Shown here one piece after another: positions 23,806-44,310 of a stretch of 64,000 nucleotides of DNA. The DNA is from the human T2T-CHM13v2.0 reference genome, Homo sapiens. Numbering within the stretch: the stretch's first letter is position 1; each line of letters opens with the position of its first letter. The notes below the pieces were generated by a model. It saw only the letters and a program-made list of their open reading frames with translations. It searched no databases and was not told the origin of the DNA. The stretch lies in the NCBI RefSeq assembly GCF_009914755.1, contig NC_060947.1. One strand, written 5' to 3'. The translations under genes were made by a program, and so were the position numbers.

Positions 23806-26800
23806 GACAGTAACCCCTGTTTTGCCCTGTCTCAATTCAAATACTGACTTCGTTTGTCTCTGTACATATGTTTGGTAACTGAGAGAGGTGAGAGGACATT
23901 CTGTTCAGGGAAGGTGACAGTGGAAAGAAAGATGAAAGAGGTTAGAATACCCACTTGAGCTGGTTTTAAACTTCCTACAGTGGACAAAGTTAACAGAATC
24001 ATTTAAGAAGCTTTATGGGGCTGGCTGCCAAAATGTGACACTGTTTTGCAGCAAAGGGCTTCTCCCTTCCTCTGAATGGACTCCAACTTCATGGTGGCAA
24101 CTTGGAGAACTTCTTTGGCATAATTTTGGTGGAGTTTGATAGGTCCTGGCAGCAGGGAGGCTCCTCCTGATGACTGAGTGGGCAGGGGATGGAGAGCAGG
24201 TTAGCAAACGCAAGCAAAGAGACAAAGGTAGACATTTGGGAATGACTGCTGGTGGCAGACATTTTTGTGGACACATGAAAGGCATCCTTTGGAACATTGA
24301 GAGAGATTATAATGATAATGATAGGTGGGAAAGTAGGAGACTTCAGTCCAATTGCTTTGCAAGTAATTGCTGTTGAGCCAGAAGATATTTCAGCAATCAG
24401 AGGAAATAACCAAGGTGAGCCAAAGTGGTGCCACAGCCAGATTTGGACAGAGAATGGAAGATGGGCAGCCAAGATCCATACACTTTCCCTCAGGGTGCTT
24501 TGATGGTAGCAAGGAGGTGGTATCCTGGCTCTGTTTGTGGGTTTAATTGACTGGCTGGTTATCAGGAAGAGATTAGCAGTACATAGAGAGAAGAAGGCTT
24601 TCACAGGCTACTTCAACTGCAGGTGCTGACTTCTCCAATCCAGAAGCCCCACCGAAGAAGAACATGCCCCTTAGTCTTTTCAATTGAAGTTGGCAGCTGG
24701 AAGGGAAGCAAGCTTCTGTAAGCCACTCCCAGCCTCTTTTCTTTTCCTTTGCCTGTCAGTTTGAAAGTTTTGGTGTAACCAGGTTGGTCTCACATTGTTA
24801 TATGTAGCTCAGGCTTGGAATATTACCCTTGGAAATGGAAGCTCATGCTTAACACAAGACAAATCTTATTGTCATTTTCTCAGAGATCACAAAGGGGAAC
24901 ATTTACTGGAAAGGTATTTTCCTCCCTGTCTTCAATCTAAGTGATTGACACAATGAACCGACAGTTTGAGTTTAATACTGCTTTTTTAAGTTAGAGAGCA
25001 AATGGCTTGTTGGGATAATAACACATAAAAGAAATATAAAGGCTCAAATTCCTCCAAGGACAAAAATATCACTTGAGAGATGAATCTGCTGGCCTGATAA
25101 GCTAGTGAACTTATCTCAACCTATGAAGGAAAAAAAGTCCTGTGTGTACATGGTAACAAAACAAGATTTTGAACTTTGCCTGTGGATTTCCATTTGGTCA
25201 AAGAGACAACTTTTAAAAGCCCCTTCAATACTTGTATTTTTTTAAACATGTGGAACCTACTCTGTTGTCCAATTACACTGTAGGACATGAGAACAAATTG
25301 ATTATTTTCTGATATTTATAGCAGAATAAATGGAATTACAAAAAAAAAAAGAAAAAAAGAAGAAGAAGAAGAAGCTGCTTCTAGACAGTAGAAAAATGGT
25401 GAAGGGGCCGGGAATTTATAGGTCACCAAATCTGCCCCATGCATGGGATTGGGTACTGCAGTTTTAGTACTTCATTTTACTTTACTTAATTCTGAGGTCA
25501 TTACCATTACTTCATTTTAGAGATAAAGAAACCAAGGCTAAAGGGAGCCTGAAACTGCCTCTTAAAGGGGGCCTGCAGCTTCTAAGTGACCTAGTTGAAA
25601 TTCATAAATTCATAGCCTTATCTGCCTCCAAAGCCAGTTGTCTTTGAAGCTGTCTACTTTGTCTAGCCTGCGATTCACAATGTTTAGTGGGCCTATGCAT
25701 TTCAGGGAGAGCCAGATAACATGCACATTCCTGGCCTCTGACTCTTGGGATCCTAATTCTATTGCTTTTTGGTGAGTACAGTCAGGAATTTCCATTTTCC
25801 CGGCATGTCCCATGATTGTGAGGCTGACTGGCTGAGGACAATACTTGGAGGAGTGCTGGTCTGGACCTAAGGTTCTCCATGCTAACTGCACATTGAATCA
25901 TCTCAGAGGTTTACAAAATACCGGTGCTTGACACCTCACCCCAGATTGTCTGGGGATGGGGTCAAGGCTAAAGTCCCACCCTCTCAGAGCCATGGTCATT
26001 ATGATGGACAGTGAAGATTATGAATCTCTGATCTAGCTGATTCTGGTCTCAGTTTCATTGCTGAGTATATGCATGATCACTGATAGTCTTTGCTCCTCTG
26101 TGGAAATTTAAGATATTGGACTCTAACTTCAAGATCTCTTCTAGACACCTGGATCATAGAAGAAAATTAGTTGACATTGGAAGCACTGTTTAGTTTTCAA
26201 GGAAAAATTCCAAATATATTATATATGTTTTCTTTCTAGAATTAAATTTTTAAATATCATTTCCCTTTGGTAAATAAGGAAAAACATAATGTTTACAGAT
26301 AAAATCTGATTTTGTTTCAGTACTTCTTGTAGAATAAAGATGAAGAATTCAAGAATTTCCCTGTAGCTATGAAATCAAACTAGGGAAGAATGGCAAGGGG
26401 TGAAGATAATTGAGTGAGCGAGCAGAGGCAGGGGCTCCATGCCTGGTCAAGTTTCCTGTTTCTGTAGGACTCCAAGCAAACTCTGGAGAAAACAGATATG
26501 AAGGAAAGAGAATGACATGTTTTTAGATTTGGTAATTGTAGTCATTTTAACCACGTTAGACAGTGAGAGTTTCCAATACATCCTAGAATTTTAATTCATC
26601 TAGAATTCCGGGACTTGAAGAACATAGTCTAAAACTCCCTCTGTATTCCATAATATCTCTTGGATAAATTAATTCCAGATTTACAGAAGGTTCATAGATG
26701 CAGAAAGTGAATTTGTCTTTTTTAAAAATGATTAATACATCTAGCATGACAAATTGATGGCATATTGCATCTGACTAGTGCATTGCACAGTGTCCTTCAA

Positions 26801-28085
26801 TTATGATGTCCTTTGAATAATAACTACGTAGAAATATGACTTTTTTTTCTTTTTTTTTTTTTTTTGAAAACGTCTAAGTGCTCTGAGTTCCTCTAACAGA
26901 ATACCACCTCATCTGGGGCTGAAAACTCAAATGCCTACAGGATGCCAGGCAAGTAAACTAAAAAGGAGTACTGAGCAGCAAGAAGGGACCATGGCAATTG
27001 TGGAAAGTTTGAGCATGCAAGTCTAACTAAAGGCATTTAAACACACGTTTTTAAGAACACTGGGGAGGCTGAATGAAACACATCCAAGGGCCACCACTTT
27101 GCAACTCCTGAACCAAGCAAAACCAACTGGTGTCCTGTTGTATGCGTGTGTTGTAGAGCTTTAAAGCTATAATCCCTTGAATTATTTGATATTTCTTTAT
27201 AACTTTTAACATGCCATTTTGTTGCCAGCCTCTCTTCTCCTCCAGAGAAAGACAACAAAACTTGAAGCAAACAAACAACCCTGTGTGTTCTTTAAACTGT
27301 AGCAGCTGTGGCTAAACATATGGGAAAAAATTATTTCTGTGGATATTATTATTCTCTGTGTACTGTTCTGGATGGGGAGAAAAATAAACTTTTTTCATGT
27401 ATATGTTAAATAACATGGTGTAGACACAACATATGCTGCCTTTGTCACTTAGACATTTTCACGTTGAGATTTGAGTTGTATTCAGAAATTTAAATTAATG
27501 TAACTTCTTGATACAGATATCTGCCAAAGTTTGCAAGCATAAATCTCCATAGGATATATATTTTTTAGGGATAAAAGAGAAAAAGAGCTTTCTAGCAATG
27601 CAAAAAAAAGAGCTTTCAGGGTGTGCTTATTTTTACTGGAGTTGACTTTTATTTCTTATTCCTTGGCACATTGTGCTGACCTTATAAATACTATTGGATG
27701 TTAACCTTGCAAATATAAATAAGAATTGTCAATAACAGAAATTGTATTTCTGAACACAGAGGTCAGATTCTCCTCTAAGCTGCATAAGATTGCTTTGTGA
27801 GCTTTTAGTATGGAAGGGTAATAAAACAATTTTGGGGGGAAGCATTTTCAATGAAAGTGGTTAACCAAGTTTTCTAATAATAGAGATTGCTTAGCACATG
27901 CTGCACAATGGAAACCCAGCAAAATAGTCTTATTCCTCAGTTGAAGGTGTAGAAATGCTGCCCTACATTTGTGTTAGAGAAGGAAATATGCTTGAATATT
28001 TCAGTCTAACAAACATCTAAACTGAGTCATGGGACATCTGATGAATAAAGAAGTCCTTGCCCTCATATGGAGAGCATATGGTACA

Positions 28086-28284
28086 GAGCTGTGCTGTCCA
28101 ATATGGTAGCAACTAGCTACATGTGGCTATTTAAATGAAAATTAATTACAATTAGAAATCCAATTCCTTAGTTCTACTGGTCATATGACAAGTTTTCAAT
28201 AGCCATATGTTGTAGTGACTACCATATTGGACAGCACAGATATAGAACATGTCCATCATCACAGAATCCATTGGACAGCACTGG
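28086..28284. mobile_element. MER3-like hAT MITE, followed by a MIR to about 28510
   Basis: 'gtgctgtccaatatggtagc...ctaccatattggacagcac' internal inverted repeat; MIR 'gcctcagtttccccatctgcaaaatggg'. Confidence 0.75.
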
Positions 28285-29621
28285 TGTAGAGATAGTGAAC
28301 TCACCTCTGGAGTCAGACTGATTGGGTTTGAAGCTAAGTTGTACCACTAACCAGCTGTGTGAACTCAGAAGAGTTTCTTGGGAGCCCCATGCCTCAGTTT
28401 CCCCCATCTGCAAAATGGGAATGATACTCATGAGGGCTGCTATGAGGATTCAATGAATTTATTCATATAAAATACATTTAAAAGTACCTGACCCATAGGA
28501 AGTGTACAGTAGATATTGGGGTTGCTCCTCAGTAGACATTTCACAGAACATTTTGAACACCCAAAAGAGGCAGCAAATTAATTCTGACCCAGAGAGACTG
28601 AGGAAGCTTCGTGGGAATGGTGATATTTAAATTGTACTTAGAATGATGAATTTTAAAAAATGAAGAAGGGAAGTGGATGGGGAGGGGGAGGGTATTCCAG
28701 GCATGTGGAACAGCTTATGCAAGGGCATGGGGGCAAGAAATTACACGGTATATTTGGGCAATGGCAAATCACCCCATTTGTCTGTGGAAAGAGGAATGGA
28801 TGGCAGAAAGTGAGGCTAGAAGGACAGGTGAACAAAGACTGTGCTGTTCCTTGCATGCCACGCTGAAGAAGAGGCTAGATTTTATTTTATAAATAAGGAG
28901 CCAGTGAAGGTTTCTGACATGACCATATCAAAGATAACTATGGTGACATTGTGGAAGATGGATTTAAGTGGGGGTCCAGCAGTCAATCAGAAAGGGAAAA
29001 AGGGGGATAATGAAATCTTGAACTCAGGCTGAGAGAGTGTGGAGGTGGAAGGGAGAGGAGTGTTGGTACGTGTTCAGCATGAATTACATGTGGGGAGGCA
29101 GAAAGAGGGGATTCAAAGATTTGGGTGGAGACTTCAGGAGAAGGGTTGGGTATCTCACCTCCCATGAAGGCTTCCTAGACCTCCTCAGACAATGCTGACA
29201 GTGCCTTGCTTTGTGTCTCACATTCCAGCTCTAGATGGCAGCGGCCCCCAGTCATCAGTGCTGCCTTATGTTAATCTGGTTCTCCCTGTGGTAGGTTGTG
29301 ATTCCATAAGGAGGGGACTGGGCAGTGTCTATACCATGAAGAGGGGACGAGACCATGTCTGCACTGTCATGTGCCTTTTTGTGGACCCTCCCACACCCTC
29401 TTTCTTGTCAGCAGAGCTCCCCTCCCCTCCTACTAAAATGCCAGATACCTGTGTTCCTAGCCTCCCTCACACATAAGGCACGGGCACATGATTCGATCCT
29501 GACCAATGTGAACTGGGGAAATACTGGGGCTGAGGCTGGGGCTGTACAAAGATTTTCTTCCAGGACTGAAGGAGAGAGTTGGGAAACTTCCTACCTCTTC
29601 CTGCTCAAAGACGCTGTTCTG

Positions 29622-30460
29622 CAAAAAAGTAGGCAAAGTCATGAACAGACACTTTTCAAAAGAAGACATAAAAGTGGCCAATGAACATTTGAAAAAATGC
29701 TCAGCATCACTAATCATCAGAGAAATGAAAATTAAAACCACAATGAGATAACATCTCACATCAGTCAGAATGGCTATTCTTAAAAATTCAAAAAATAACA
29801 GATATTGATGAGGATGCAGAAAAAATGGAGTACTTATACACTGATGGTGGGAATGAAAATTCATTAAACCCCTATAGAAAACAATATGGAGATTTATCAG
29901 AGAACTAAAAATAGAACTTCCATGTGACCCAGCAATTCCACTACTGGGTATCAACCCAAGGGAAAATAAATCATTCTATCAAAAAGACACCTGTGCTTGT
30001 ATGTTCATCACAGCACTATTCACAATATGAAAATCATGGAATCAACCTAGGTGCCCATCAATGGTGGACTGGACAAAGAAAATGTGGCACATAGACACCA
30101 TGGAATACCATACAACCATAAAAAGAGGGAAATCGTGTTCTTTGCAGCAACATGGATACAGCTGGAGGCTATTATCCTAAGTGAATTAACACAGAAACAA
30201 AAATACGACAAGTTCTCATTTATAAGTGGGAGCTAAACAATGGGTACACATGGACATAAAGATGGAAACAATAGACATTGCAGACTCCAAAAGGAGGGAG
30301 GAAGGGAGGGAGGAGGGCAAGGGCTGAAAAACTACCTATTGGGTACTATATTCACTACTTGGGTGATGGGTTCAGTGGAAGCCCAAAGCCCGGGATTACA
30401 CAATATACCCATGTAACAAACCTGCACATGTACCCCGTGAATCTAAAAAAAAAAAAAAAA
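29622..30460 (+). mobile_element. 5'-truncated old L1PA (L1PA15/16-like) inserted in an MLT1 LTR
   Basis: ORF2 C-terminus, 3' UTR and A16 tail; TSD aaagacgctgttctg 29607-21 / aaagacactgttctg 30479-93. Confidence 0.85.
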
Positions 30461-30846
30461 GATAATAGCCATCAAAAGAAAGACACTGTTCTGTGAAAAT
30501 GTAACAGTTAGATATGTGACTGCCCTATTGTCACAATGAGGCAAAGGTGACTAGAACATAGAAGCTGATTCTGAGCCCTGATATTGTTGAGGCTCTGGAC
30601 TAAACATGGAACTGCCATTCTCCACAAACTTCCTCCTATCCTTGCTCTTTATGTGCCCTTTAAATAGATGTTCTCTTACTTCACTTGAAATCACTCCAAT
30701 GGAAAAAGGATTATGTGTGTCCAGTGCTTACACTGCAGCAAGCACATACCAATGTTTTATAAAATGTTTAAGTTTAGTTGTGCAAATTGAGTTATTAATT
30801 TGTTCTGTTTGTAAGGGAGAGAATAAATTTGGTTTTGACTGATTCA

Positions 30847-31256
<410 letters not shown>

Positions 31257-31667
31257 CTAGCCACACATACATGCAAATCGACATGTTGGGGAAGTGAGCC
31301 ATCTAAGCAGAGCATGCAGATAATTTTTTAAAAAGGGTTGATCACCAATCCTCCTGGTAGGGGTGGGAGCAGTGAATGTTGAGAAAAAATGAACGCAGAG
31401 ATAGTCATGAGTGGAACTAGGCTGAAACTGAGACGGCAGCCAAGGAGGGAAGACATTTCCAGAATGGGATGGCAATGCCGGACACCTTGGAGGGTTTCTT
31501 CCCATCCATGTAGACATGGTGGACATCTGTCCTGTGAATTTTCTCCCAGTGACCTGTCTTTTTTTCTCTTTCTCCTGTTCCTTTCTAACAAAGTCATTTT
31601 AATTGAAGACTTTTCTGCTACTTGCTGTGGACTTGTTATTATCCATTATCTTCTAGGCCATCTTCAA

Positions 31668-31862
31668 GGTTTCTCAGTGTCAGCATTGCTGGTATTTTAG
31701 ATTGTCCTGTGCATGGTAGGATACTTAGTGGCATCCCCAGCCTGTATATACTGGATACCAGTAATACCTCCCATCTCCCCATTGTAACAAACAAAAATAT
31801 ATCTCAGCATTGTCTAATACCCCCTGAGAGGCAAACTTGCCCTCAGTCGAGAACCACTGCTC
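31668..31862. mobile_element. MER20 element
   Basis: 'gtcctgtgcatggtaggatacttagtggcatcccc...gatacc agtaatacc...gtcgagaaccactgctcta'. Confidence 0.7.
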
Positions 31863-33681
31863 TAGGCAAAGGGTTTGGTTATATGCCAAAATCTAAAGAA
31901 CAAATAAGAGGGACTATATAATATCTGTTATGAATCATTGGTAAGCCCATTAGAATCCATCAAACAGCCTACAGTTTGGGTGGTTGGGAGGACAGGGCCA
32001 ATAGGGAGTGGGAGTGGGAGGCTGTGCACAGGGGATCATCAGTGCTGTGGAGGGAGGATTAGTGTGGCTGGGACACTTCAGGGAACTTCTAGGGAGTCAA
32101 GGAGACATAAATAAATCACTCTTGGTGGTTATCATTGGAGAAATTCAATGACAATTCCTGCCTACTTGGAGATATGACACTGGTGATAAGTTTTTGGGAA
32201 AAAGGCTCCCCAAATCAGGAGCTCCACCGTGAAAACTAGTTTATGTTTCAAATTCAAGGCTACAAATTAAAACTGCCTCATTGTACTCAATTTTCAAGGT
32301 TTTAAAGCCAAAATAGAATACAGCATCTTTACAAAATTTCTCCCTTCTCCTCCTTGCCCCTCTTCAGAGATTGTCAGTTTATACACAGTAAAGAGTTCAG
32401 TATCTGTGACAGCACTGCATGCTATCTGCTGGATTAGTATTAAACTATTCTGGAATCAGCAAAGAATTACTGCAGGATAACATGGCAATGAAGATTCAGA
32501 GAATGGATATTTATTAGTGAGTAAATCTCTTTTTAGCTCTGTAATTCCCAAATTAAAAACAACACAGCTGGCATCCTTTTATGAAACATTAGGCAAACAC
32601 ATCAAATTCTCTTCCCTCCTACCATCTAAATTCCTGATACAATTTCCAAGATTCCTTCCCCCCACCATTGTGTTTCTAATAAAAATAGAGAATTTTTATT
32701 CTGGGCCGTTGAGATTCTGTATTGCTAGGACCAGGGGGAAAATAAGGGGGAAAAAAGCCCAACATTTTTTCATTTTTTTCACTAACTGTGGGCTTTAATC
32801 ACAATCGATGATTAATTCTAACATCTTTATTTAAATGCCAGCATTGTTATGATGAGTAAACTCCAGTCAGCTGCACAGTGGCCCTATTAAATAAATGCAG
32901 TGAACATTTCTTCTTGCCTGCAGGTTGGTCCCTGCAGCCTCTGCCCTTCCTTTCCCATCTCTACTTTCTCCAGTTCCCAAACGATTAATCACAGTATCTT
33001 CTGTACGGTCATTAGTCCTGTAAGATGTGCCGACTTGAAATAATGATTTTTGGAACAAAGGGGAATATCTCTTGTGATAAGACTGAGACATACTAAGCTT
33101 TAACCTCCCCTTAGGAGGAACTTTTTCAGTTTCTAAGAAGAAAGAAAAATAACATTTAATGAAAACCTACTGGGTGTTAGGATTTTCTCTCATTTGCTTC
33201 TCACAGCAACCCTGGGAAGCAAATAGCAGTTTTTTTATTTGACAAATAAATTATAACTCAAAGAGTTAATGAAATCTGCACAAGGCCATAGTGCTAATAG
33301 ACGATGAGATCAGATTCCAAGGATAAAGTGTTATAGCTATGCCACCAGCCTCTTTCCTCTGGGCCCAGCTGCTGCTCATTCTAGGAAGTCTAGGAGCAGA
33401 GGCAGCCCTAGACAAATGGAGAAGAGAGAGAGATGTTTTACCTTCAGTATCCCCCAAAGTACCTTTGTGCATGTGTCTAGCTGGACAATCTGAGGCATCT
33501 GAAAAGTCAGGGTAATGCTCGCCAACTGCTTTAGCAAGCATTCCCCAACTTCGGTGCTGTAATGTGGTAAATGGTTTAATTGCCCCCAATTGTTTAAAGT
33601 TATAGATCAGGTCCTATTACGTAAGGAGATTGTCATCCGCATCCACTGCCCCGTAACTTGCCATGCCTTTCTATGAGGAGT

Positions 33682-34067
33682 GTATTAGTCAACTTGGGCT
33701 GTCGTAACAAAGTACCACAGACTGCATGGCTTAAACAACAGAAATTAATTTTCTCACAGTCCTGGAGGCTGGAAGTCCATTATCAAGGTGCCAGCAGGTA
33801 CGATTTCTTCCAAGGCCTCTTTCCTTGACTTTCAGGTGGCCGCCTTCTTGCTATACCTTCACATGGCCTTTTTCTGTGTACATGTGCATTCCTGGTGTCT
33901 CTTCCTCTTCTTATAAGGACACCAGTCCTATTGGATTAGGGTCCCACCCTTATGTCTTCATTTAACATTAATTACCCATTTAAAGGCCTTATCTCCAAAT
34001 ACAATCACATTGGGGGTTAGGGTTTCAATTTATGCATTTGTGGGGGGACATGATTCAGTCCATAACA
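33682..34067 (-). mobile_element. MLT1B-like solo LTR nested in an older MLT1 LTR (about 33600-34395)
   Basis: TGTATTAGTC...TCAGTCCATAACA termini; flanks continue MLT1-like sequence. Confidence 0.8.
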
Positions 34068-34655
34068 GGGGGAAAGTAGAGTTTCCTTCCCATTGACTAG
34101 GACTTGGCCAGTGGAATTTGAGCAAATGTAATAGATGCTGTATCTTAGCGGAAGCTTAAAAGCTTTGCATAGCAGCTCTGTTGCTGGTCCATTTTTCCCT
34201 ATGCCATAAGAACAGCCCCAAATAGGGACTGATCCTTCAGCTTGGATTCTGGAATAAAGAAAACATAAGGAGCATAGCCACAGTCAACAGCAGTTAACAT
34301 GTAATATGAACTATAAATAAACTTTTGTTGTCATAGGCTATTGAGAGTTTTGGGATTGTTACCACAGCGTAACCTAACAAAAGCTAACAGATACACCTAG
34401 TATCATAAAAATTTGTTTCTTGCTTAGTTACAGTATGATGCAGGTTAGGTATCTCTCCTTTTTGTCTGTCTTTCTCAATAGTAATTTAGAAATCTGAGCT
34501 CTTTGTATCATGAGGGTAGCTACACAGCTGGAAACAAGACAAAGCCAATGATTTATTCGGAGATTTTAGTGGACAGGCCTAGAAATGGGGTATATCACTC
34601 TGTCTTCATTTCTTTGATGAGAATTAATGATGTGGTCCAAACTTAAATGCAGGGT

Positions 34656-35057
34656 GTATTAGGCATTCTTGCACTGCTATAAAGAAACATCTGAGACTGG
34701 GTAAGTTATAAAGAAAAGAGGTTTAATTGGCTCACAGTTCCTCAGGCTTTACAGGAAGCATGGTGCTGGCATCTTCTCAGCTTCTGGGGAGGCCTCAGGA
34801 AGCTTAAAATCATGGCAGAAGGCAAAGGGGGAGCAGGCATATCACATGGTCAGAGCAGGAGCAAGAGAGCGGGTGTGGGGTGCCACATATCTTTTAAACA
34901 ACCAGATCTCATGAGAAGTCACTGACGATCACAAGGACAGCACCAACAGGATGGTGCTAAACCTTTCATGAGAAACCTACCCCCATCATCCAGTCACCTC
35001 CCACCAGGCCCCACCTCTAATACTGGGGATTACAATTCAACATGAGATTTGGGACAC
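34656..35057 (-). mobile_element. MSTA/B solo LTR, split by the L1 at 35058; its last ~40 bp resume at about 41823-41860
   Basis: 'tgtattaggcattcttgcactgctataaagaaa...ggggattacaattcaacatgagatttggg', then after the L1 'gagatgtgagtggagacaaacatacaaactatgtca'. Confidence 0.85.
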
Positions 35058-41822
<6,765 letters not shown>

Positions 41823-42370
41823 AAGAGATGTGAGTGGAGACAAACATACAAACTATGTCACAGGGGAGGCTTAGAATTACTTTTTCAGAATGGGGCTAGG
41901 AAAAGGAAACATATAACTTCCCTCTGCATGATTGCCTGTTCTCAGTGTTGACTTCCTGAGGGGGCTCTTCTCCAGCTGTTAATAATGCCCCAAGGGTGTT
42001 AACTGACCTTGGCATAAAGTGCTGGATACACATCTGTTTTAACAAAAGCCTTTTAAATATCACAAAGCTTTGTGAGCCCCAAAAGAATAAAATGTCAATG
42101 ATCTTCCTGACAGATGGAGGTCGAACCTGTGTGCATCTGTTCATAAAGCTAGTCTTAACCTGACTGGTTCAGTGAGTATTTATTAAGCATTTGGCCATGC
42201 CCCGGACACTCTCCATGTGAGGCCCTATGCAATGTGCTGTCAGAAGCAGGAAGTGACTAATTTTGCTTGTGAAGTATTGAGAAGGTTGTATGAAAGAGGT
42301 GACATTTGAGCTGGCCTGAAAGATGTTGGGAAGTCTGGAAAATGCAAGGTGGCAAATAGAATTCTAGTCA

Positions 42371-43246
<876 letters not shown>

Positions 43247-43789
43247 GAAGATTTGATGAATCTGATTCTCTCTGTCTTGCTGAGGAGATTGTACAGCATC
43301 CAGAAAGCAGAGGATGGGCAGGGGAGGCAATTTGATAATCTTTAAGATTGATCTGATATGGTCTGCTTTGGACATCAGAGAGGCAGCTCTGGTGGCTCTC
43401 CGAAGGATATTGGACAGTTATTATCAGTCTGCTTATGCTTGAGGAGTAGGTCAATGATGAGTTGTTGGTGAGTCTTGAAGTGTAGTGGGGATGAAGCTGG
43501 GATATCTGCATTGGCCATGAGGTTCCATAGTCACTTCCCAACCTGTGAGTTACCCCAGCAGCCTGTCAGGGGAAACTTAATGTGCTGCCTTTATCTGGCT
43601 CCCTGAATAACCAGTTCATGACTAAAGAGAGGAGAAATAATTATTTTCTGTGATTTCTTTCTGAAAAAGACAGAAATTTTGTAATCATCTGACCATACAG
43701 TATATGTAATACTGACCTTAGAAATATTTCAAGTGCTACTGTGCATGTGTGTGTGTGTCCCATCAGTGAGCCCCCAGATTCCATTGAGG

Positions 43790-44310
43790 CTTATTTAGTT
43801 ATTTATTACTGCATAGAAAAACACCCCAAAACTTAGTGGCTTAAAACAACCACCTTTTTCTTCTCTTTTATAGTTCTATGAATTGACCAGGCTTAGCTGT
43901 GCAGCTTTTCTGCTGGCTTTCCTTGGGGTCTCCCACAGTTGTAGTCAGATAACAAGCTGGGTCTAGAGTCATCTGGAGGTTCACCTTGGATACTAGGATG
44001 CCTTGAGCTGTCTCCCTCTCCATGTAGTCTCAGTACCTCGCCTCTCCTCATAGCTTCTCCACATGGTCTCTCCAGAAGGGCAGTGTGACTTCTTACATGG
44101 TGGTTTAAGGGTCTTAATGTGAGAGTTCCAAGAGAGAGAAGTGAAAACTGCTAGTACCCTTAAAAGTGAGTCCGAAATTGGGACAGACTTAACTCTACTG
44201 CATTCTGTTGGTTAAACAGTCACAGTAAAGCAGATTCAGGGAAGGAGAAATAACTTCCATTTCTGGATGGGAAAAGACAAAGAACTGGCAGCCATCTTTA
44301 GTCCATTTCA
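43790..44310 (-). mobile_element. Old MLT1 solo LTR
   Basis: 'ccccaaaacttagtggcttaaaacaac...cttcttacatggtgg...cagattcaggg...gcagccatcttt'. Confidence 0.7.

Noticed and set aside
24089-24604. 171-aa minus-strand ORF and overlapping ORFs in unique-looking sequence
   Set aside because: Non-ATG start, no recognisable domain, no convincing splice or poly(A)/TSD structure; more likely chance or a very old repeat
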